Part shown: positions 21,501-30,500 of the stretch, one piece after another
How the letters are laid out: every line of letters starts with the position of its first letter
Numbering within the stretch: position 1 is the first letter of the stretch
Source of the DNA: Escherichia coli
GTDB taxonomy: Bacteria > Pseudomonadota > Gammaproteobacteria > Enterobacterales > Enterobacteriaceae
Assembly (NCBI RefSeq): GCF_009931435.1
Contig: NZ_CP043414.1
DNA length: 64,000 bases
Direction: 5' to 3' (one strand)
Program-made: the position numbers and the translations under genes
Notes under the pieces: generated by a model
Told to the model about the DNA's origin: nothing
Database searches by the model: none
Seen by the model: the letters and a program-made list of their open reading frames with translations, nothing else

Positions 21501-24500
21501 TGGCGCTGACCGTATAGTTAGCCTGGCCTAAGGCCGCCAGATCGCTCACCGGCACGGTTAACGTCCAGTTGCCCGCCGCGTCGGTGGTAGCGTTATAGTT
21601 GTGACCGTTGAGCGTGACGGTGACCTGTGCGCCGGTCGTCAACCCCGTACTGCCGCCGCTGATGGTCAACGGCTGGCCTTTTTCATCGGCGTTCAGGACG
21701 TTATCGCTGCTGATGGCGTTAAAGGTAATGGTCGGCAGCCCGGTATTGACTGTCACCTGATGGCTGGCGCTGCCGCTGTTTCCTCCGACATCAGTGACGC
21801 TGGCGTTAATGGTCACCGTGCCGTTTGCCAGTGTCGAAACAACGCTTGCCGGGACGCCGACGCTCCAGTTGCCGCTGGCATCCAGCACCGTGGTGAAGGT
21901 ATTTGAGCCGATAGTCACCGTCACGGTGCTACCGGTTGCCGCTCCCGTGGAAGAGCCACTGATGATCTGCGCCTGGGCGTGTTCCGTCGCATTGATCACA
22001 TCATCGCCTGCCACCGTGTTGATGGTGACGACCGGAACGGAAGTATCCACCGTCAGGTTGTGGTTAACCGAGGTCGGGTTTCCGGCCTTGTCGCTCACCG
22101 CCGCGCTGACGGTGTAGTTGCTGGCGGTCAGGGCGCTTAAGTCGGCTGGCGGTACGCTGATACTCCAGCTGCCGTCCGTTTGTACCGTGCCAGTATAGTT
22201 TGCGCCATTGAGCGTGACGGTCACCGTCTGCCCGGCTTCCGCCGTGCTGCTGCCGGTGATGGTCAGCGCCGCACCCGCTTCGGCGGCGTTAAGAATATCG
22301 TCGCCCGCAATGGTGTTAATGGTCACCGTTGGCGCGGTGGCATCGACGCTGTAAGCGTGGGTAGTGGTGGCACTGTTGCCGTTAACGTTGCTGACGCTGG
22401 CCTGCGCGCTGGCATCACCATCACGCAGGGCTGCCATATCCGCCGCCGGAACCGTGGTGCTCCAGGAACCATTCGCCGCGACACTTGCAATATAGGTTTT
22501 ACCGCCAAAGGTCACGGTGACCGTTTGCCCGGCCTCCACGCCAGAGGTGCTGCCGGAGAGCGTTAATGCCGCGCCTTTTTCAGCTGCGTTAATCACATCA
22601 TCGGCGGTAATGGCGTTGATGCTGACCGCCACCGCCGAGAGATCGACTGTCACCGGATGCGTAACGCTCACCGGGTTTCCGGCTGTAGTGCTGCCGCTCG
22701 CCGTAATCGTCACCGCCCCCGCAGGCCAGGCGCTGACATCCACCGCCGGAACGCCGACGCTCCAGGTGCCATCCGCCAGCACTGCCGCAACATAGGTTTG
22801 CCCGTTAATGGTCAGCGTGACATTGCTACCCACCGCCAGCCCAGAGCTGCTGCCGGTTATCACCAGCGCCTGACCATGCTCGATGATATTGACCACATCA
22901 TCGCCCGCCACGGTATCGACCCGCAGACCGGGGAGATTCGCGTCTATGGTGATTTCGCGCGTGCCGTTACCGGTATTGCCTACGCTGTTCGTTACCGAAG
23001 CCGAAATGGTCAGCTCTCCGTTGCCCAACGCCTGTAACGCCGAAGCCGGAACATCGACACTCCAGCTTAAGTCTGCCTGTACCGTAGCGGTGTAAGTCGC
23101 CCCACCGAGCGTCACGGTCACCGTATCGCCCGCCGCGGCCCTCGTGACCTGCCCGCTGATAGTTTGAGTTGCCCCCGCTTCGGCGGCGTTAATAATATCG
23201 TCCGTTGCCACAACGTTAATGGTGACGCCCGGTAGCGCGGTATTAACCTGCACGTTATGGCTGGCGGAACCGCTATTGCCATCAACATCGGTTGCGGCGG
23301 CAGTCACCGTATAAGTCGCTTCACCGAGCGTACCAACCGCAGACGCCGGAACAGTCACGCTCCAGTTCCCGGAAGCATCGGCAGTGGTGGTGTAATTTTG
23401 CCCGTTGAGCGTAACAGTTACCTGCGTGCCCGCAGGCTGGTTGCTGGTGCCGGAAATCGACAGATCCGCGCCTTTCTCCGTGGCGTTGATGATGTCATCG
23501 ACGGCGATGGTGTTAATGGCGAGTATCGGTGCACCGAGCGCCACGCTGACAGTGTGCGAGGCCGTGCCGCTGTTGCCTGCGGAGTCGGTAACCGTGGCGG
23601 TAATGGTCACATCGCCCTGGGCCAGCGCGGAAATCACGCTGGCAGGCACACCGATGCTCCAGTTGCCGTTGGCGTCCAGCACGGTGGTGTAGGTGGTCGT
23701 GCCAATCGTCACGGAAACCGTGTTACCCGTCGTCGCGCCCGTTGCCGAGCCGCTGATAATCTGCGCCTGAGCATGTTCCGTGGCGTTAATGATGTCATCG
23801 CCCGCTACCGTGTTAATGGTGACGACCGGAGCGGCAAGATCCACCGTCAGGTTATGCGTTGCCGAGGTTGGGTTGCCCGCTTTGTCGCTGACCGCCGCGC
23901 TCACCGTATAGGGGCTGGCGGTAAGGTCGGCTAAATCGCCAGTTGGTACGCTGACGCTCCAGCTCCCGTCTGCCTGCACGTTGCCGCTGTAATTGACGCC
24001 GTTTAGCGTCACGGTCACTGTCTGCCCGGCTTCTGCGGTGCTGGTGCCGCTGATGGTCAGCGCCGATCCCGCTTCGGCGGCATTAAGAATATCGTCGCTG
24101 GCGATGGTGTTGATAGTAACGGAGGGCGCGGTGGCATCGACGCTATAAACATGCGTTGCCTGGGCGTTGTTACCCGCGACGTTGCTGACGCTGGCCTGGA
24201 TGTTTGCTGCGCCATCCGGCAAGGTTGCGAGATCGGCGGCTGGGATCGTCAGCCCCCAGGTATTATCCGCGGCAACCGTGGTGGTGTAGCTTTTGCCACC
24301 GAAAATAACGGTAATAGTCTGCCCCGCTTCCACATCTGAGGTGGTGCCGGAAAGCTGCAAATCAGTGCCTTTCTCGGCGGCGTTTATCACATCGTCAGTG
24401 GAAAGGGTGTTGATGGTAATCGCCACGGCCGCAAGATCGACGGTCACCGGATGAGTAATGCTGGTTGTGGTTCCGGCAGTGTTAGTGCCAGAGACGGCAA

Positions 24501-27500
24501 TATTGACCGTCCCCGCAGGCCAGTTTGTGACATCTGCCGCCGGAACACCGACGCTCCAGGTGCCATCGGCGAGTACCGTTGCGCCATAGGTGACGCCGTT
24601 GATAACTACCGTCAACGCCGCCCCCGCCGCCAGTCTGCTACTGCTACCGGTGACCACCAGTGCCTGAGTGTGCTCAATGCTGTTAATCACATCATCGCCT
24701 GCCACGGTATCGACCCGCAGACCTGGCAAGTTGGCGTCTATCACGATATCGTGCGTCGCGGTGCCGGTATTATTTGCGGAATTGGTCACCGAGGCGCTGA
24801 TGGTCAGTTCACCGTTACCCAGCGCCTGCAAATCTGCCGCAGGCACGCTGACGCTCCAGCTTAAATCTGGCTGCACGGTGGCAATGTATTGATTACCGCC
24901 GAGCGTGACAGTGACCGAATCTCCTGCTGCTGCCGTCCCCGTAACCTGTCCGCTGAGGGTCTGGTTAACGGCGATTTCAGCGGCGTTGATAATGTCATCA
25001 CCCGCCACAGTATTAATGATTACCCCTGGCAGGAGCGATTCGACATTCACCGTATGGGTAGTACTACCGCTGTTACCCGCGCTGTCGGTGGCGCTGGCGC
25101 TAATCGAATAAACCGCCTCGCCCAGTGCGCCGACCGCCGAAGCCGGCACGGTAACGCTCCAGTTGCCGGAGCCGTCGGTGGTGGCGCTGTACGCCAGGCC
25201 GTTCAACATCACGGTGACCGTAGTGCCTGCCGCCAGGCCGCTGGAGACGCCGCTGATGATCAGATCCTGGGTCTTCTCCGCATTATTAATAATGTCATCA
25301 CCGGAGACAGTGTTAATGGTCAGCGTCGGGCCACTGAGATCAACGGTCACGTCGTGAGTCGTGCTGTCGCTGTTGCCCGCGCGATCGCTCAGGCTGGCGG
25401 TGATGGTCTGGCTACCGGTTGCCAGTGCCGTGACATCCGCCGCCGGAATACCCACACTCCAGTTACCGGAGGCGTCCAGCGTTGTGGTGTAGTTTTTACC
25501 GTTCAGATTAACCGTGACCACATCGCCCGCCGCCGCGCCCGTACTGGTGCCGCTCACCACCAGCGCCTGACCATGTTCGATGGCGTTGATAATGTCATCG
25601 CCCGCGACGGTATTAATGGTGAGATCCGGCGCGGTAACGTCCACCGCCAGTGCATGATCCGCGCTTGCCGGGTTGCCCGCTTTGTCGCTCACCGTGGCGG
25701 TCACGGTATAACTGCTGGCGGTTAATCCGCTTAAATCTGTCGCCGGAACGTTCACACTCCAGGTGCCATCGGCCTGGACGGTAGTCTGGTACGTGTTGTT
25801 ATTGAGCGTGACAGTCAGCGTCTGCCCGGCCTGCGCCGTGGTGGTGCCGCTGATGGTTATCCCCGCGCCCGCTTCACTCACGTTGAGAATATCGTCGCTG
25901 GCGATGGTGTTGATGGTCACAAGCGGCGCGGTGGCATCGACGCTGTACGCGCGATCGGCCTGGGCGCTGTTGCCGTTAATGTTGCTGACACTCGCCTGCA
26001 CGTTGCCCGCGCCGTCCGGCAACGCAGCGAGATCGGCAGGCGGCACATTCACCGTCCAGCTACCGTTGGCTTCCACAGTGGTGGTGTAATTTTTACCGCC
26101 AAAGGTGACGGTCACCGTCTGCCCGGCTTCTACACCGCTGGTACTGCCGCTCACCACCAGCGTTTCGCCTTTTTCGACGGCATTGATCACATCATCGCCG
26201 GAGAGAGTGTTAATGGTTATGGCGACCGCCGCCAGATCGACGGTAACCGGATGGGTAATGGTGGAGGTTGTTCCGGCGCTGTTGGTGCCGCTTACCGTGA
26301 TATCCACCGTACCCGCAGGCCAGTTGCTGACGTCTGCCGCCGGAACGCCGAGGTTCCATGTACCGTCAGCTAACACCGTGGCAGCGTAAGTGACGTTGTT
26401 AATCACGACCGTTAATGCCGTTCCTGCCGTCAGCCCGGTGCTGCTACCTGTTATCACCAGCGCCTGATTGTGCTCAAGGCTGTTAATAACATCATCGCCC
26501 GCCACGGTATCGACCCGCAAACCAGGCAGATTGGCATCGATCGTAATATCGCGCGAGCCGCTGCCGGTATTACCAACGTCATTGGTGACCGAGACGTTAA
26601 CTGTCAGGTCGCCGTTACCCAGCGCCTGAATATCCGCCGCTGGAACGCTGACACTCCAGCTTAAATTAGCCTGCACCGTAGCGGTGTAGGTGTTGCCGCC
26701 CAGCGTGACGGTGACCGTATCGCCCGCCGCCGCGCCCGTCACCTGCCCGCTGATGGTTTGCGCACTGCCCGCTTCGGCGGCATTAATAATGTCATCGGTT
26801 GCCACTGCGTTAATGGTAACGCCAGGTAAGGCGCTGTTGACCAGCACATTATGGCTGGCGGAATTACTGTTGCCTGCCGTGTCGGTAACGCTCGCCGTTA
26901 CCGTGTAGTTGGCTTCACCCAACGCGCTAGCTGCCGAGGCTGGAACCGTAGCGCTCCAGTTGCCACTGCTATCGGTGGTAGCGGTGTAATTTTGCCCGTT
27001 CAGCGTCACCGTTATTGTGGTGCCTGCGGGCTGATTACTGGTGCCGGTGATTTGCAGATCCGCGCCTTTTTCTGTGGCGTTAATCACGTCATCGCTGGCG
27101 ATAGTGTTGATGCCAATGGTTGGCGCGGTGAGATTTACGGTGACCGTGCGGCTGGCATCATCGCTGTTGCCTGCCGTATCGGTAATTGCCGCAGTGATGG
27201 TTTGCGGGCCGCTGCCCAGCGCAGTGACGTCTGCTGCCGGAACGCCGACGCTCCAGTTGCCGGAGGCGTCCAGCGTGGTAGTGTAGGTTTTACTGTTTAA
27301 CGTGATGGTGATGACATCGCCCGCTTCCCCGCCAGTACTGGAACCGGAGATCACCAGCGCCTGCCCGTGTTCGGCGGCATTAATGATGTCATCGCCGGAG
27401 ACGGTGTTAATGGTTAAAACTGGCACGGTGAGATCCACCGCCAGGCCGTGAGTGGCGGTCGCCGGGTTACCCGCTTTGTCGCTTACCGAGGCGCTGACCG

Positions 27501-30500
27501 TGTACGGGCTGGCGGTCAGATTGCTGAGATCTGTTGTCGGCACGCTGACGCTCCAGCTACCGCCCGCCTGAACGGTGCCGATGTAAGCCACACCATTAAG
27601 CGTGACGGTTACCGTTTGCCCCGCTTCGGCGGTGCTGGTGCCGCTGATGGTTAACGGATTGCCCGCCTCAGCGGCGTTAAGAATATCGTCGGTGGCGATG
27701 GTGTTAATGGCAAGCGTCGGTGCCGTGGCATCGACGCTATAGGCGTGGGTTGCCGAAGCCGTGTTGCCGTTAATATTGCTGACACTGGCCCGTACCGTGG
27801 CGTCGCCGTCACGTAACGCGCTGAGATCGGCGGCGGGTACGGTGGTTGTCCAGCTGCCATCGCCCGCTACGGTAGCGGTATAGGTTTTGCCGCCAAAGGT
27901 GACGGTGACGGTTTGCCCCGCTTCCACGCCGGAAGTGCTGCCGGAAAGGGTTAAATCTGCCCCTTTTTCGGCGGCGTTAATCACATCGTCGCCGGAAACG
28001 GTGTTAATGGAGATCGCCACCGCCGCCAGATCGACGGTGACCGGATGGGTGATGGTGGAGGTTGTTCCGGCAGTGTTAGTGCCGCTTACCGTGATATCCA
28101 CCGTCCCCGCAGGCCAGTTGCCCACGTCTGCCGCCGGAACGCCAACGCTCCATGTGCCATCGGCTAATACTGTCGCGCCATAGGTGACGTTATTGATCAC
28201 CACCGTCAGCGCCGCGCCCGCCGCCAGCCCGCTGCTGCTACCGGTTATCACCAGTGCCTGACCGTGCTCGATGCTGTTGACCACATCATCGCCCGCCACG
28301 GTATCGACGCGCAGACCCGGCAGGTTGGCGTCTATCACAATATCGCGCGAACCGCTGCCAGTATTACCCACGCCGTTGGTTACCGAGGCGTTAACTGTCA
28401 GGTCGCCATTACCGATGGCCTGAATATCCGCCGCCGGAACGTCCACGCTCCAGCTAAAATTGCCCTGCACGGTAGCGGTGTAGGTTTTCCCGCCAAGCGT
28501 TACGGTAACCGTATCGCCCGCCGCCGCGCCCGTCACCTGGCCGCTGATGGTCTGCGCCACGCCCGATTCCGCCGCGTTAATAATATCGTCGGTCGCCACC
28601 GGATTAATGGTGACACCCGGCAGCGCGGTATTCACCTGCACGTTATGGCTGGCGGAATTGCTATTGCCCGCGCTGTCGGTGACGTTCGCCGTCACCGTGT
28701 AGCTGGCTTCGCCCAGCGCACCGACGGCAGAGGCTGGCACCGTGGTGCTCCAGTTGCCTGCGGCGTCCGTCGTGGCGGAGTAATTTTGCCCGTTAAGCGT
28801 CACCGTTATTGTGGTGCCTGTTGGCTGATTACTGGTGCCGGAAATTTGCAGATCCGCGCCTTTTTCGGTGGCGTTAATTATGTCATCGGTAGCGATGGTA
28901 TTAATGCCAATAGTCGGCACGGTAAGGTTGACGGTGACCGTATGCGTCTCGTTGTCGCTGTTACCTGCCACATCGGTAACGGTGGCTGTCACGGTTTGCG
29001 GGCCGCTGCCCAGCGCAGAGACATCCGCAGCCGGAACGCCGACGCTCCAGTTTCCGGAGGCATCCAGCGTCGTGGTGTAGGTTTTACTATTTAGCGTGAC
29101 GCTGACAACATCGCCCGCTTCTCCGCCGGTGCTGGAACCGGAAATCACCAGCGCCTGCCCGTGTTCGGCGGCGTTAATAATATCATCGCCCGCAATGGTG
29201 TTAATGGTCAGTACCGGAACGGTGAGATCCACCGCCAGATTATGCGTGGTGCTCGCCGGGTTGCCCGCTTTGTCATTGACCGTCGCCGTCAGGGTATGGC
29301 TGCCATCGGTCAGAGCGGCAAGATCTGCCGCCGGAATATTAATACTCCAGCTGCCGTCGGCCTGTACCGTTGCCTGATAGGTCTGCACAGTTGGGCTGTT
29401 AAGCGTTACCGTAACAATCTGCCCCGCTTCAGCGGTGGTGCTGCCGCTCACCGTCACGCCCGTATCGGCTTCGCTGGCGTTAACGATATTGTCGCTGGCA
29501 ACGGTATTGATAATGATGGTTGGCGCGCTGCTGTCGACGCTGTAGTTATGCACCGCCGAGGCGCTATTGCCATTGATATTGCTGACGCTGGCCTGCGCGG
29601 AGGCGCTGCCCTCAGGTAATGCTGCCAGATCGGCGGCAGGAACGGTGGCAGTCCAGCTACCATCGCTCGCCACGCTGGCGGTGTAATTTTTCCCGCCAAA
29701 GTTGACGGTGACGGTTTGTCCTGGCTCTACATTAGTGGTGGTGCCGGAAAGGGTTAAATCAGCGCCTTTTTCTGCGGCGTTAATCACGTCGTCCGTGGCG
29801 ATGGTGTTGATTGTGATCGCCGCCGGCGTGAGATCCACCGTTACCGGATGCGTAATGCTTATCGGATTTCCGGCGCTACTTTCCCCGGATACAGCAATAG
29901 ACACCGTCCCCGCAGGCCAGGCGCTAACCTGCGCCGCCGTGACGCCCACGCTCCAGCTACCATCGGCCTGCACCGCAGTGGTGTATTCCACATTATTAAT
30001 CGTAACTGTAAGCGGGGTGCCTTCAGCCAGCCCCGAGCTGCTGCCGGTGACCACCAGCGCCTGCCCGTGTTCGATGATATTGACCACATCATCGCCCGCT
30101 ACCGTATCGACCCGCAGACCGGGCAGATTGGCGTCGATGGTGATATCCCGCGTGCCGCTGCCGGTGTTGCCGTTTTGATTGGTGACCGAGGCGCTCACCG
30201 TTAAATCACCATTACCCAGCGCCTGAATATCCGCCGCCGGAACGCTCACGCTCCAGCTTAAATTGGCCTGCACGGTGGCGGTGTAAGTATTACCGCCCAG
30301 CGTAACGGTTACCGTGTCGCCAACGGCAGCTCCGGTAACCTGCCCGCTGATGGTTTGCACTACGCCCGCTTCGGCGGCGTTAATAACATCGTCGGCTGCC
30401 ACCGGGTTAATGGTCACGCCGGGCAGCGCGCTGTCGACCAGCACGTTATGGCTGGCGGTGGCGCTGTTGCCGATATCGCTGGTCACCGCCGCCGTTACCG

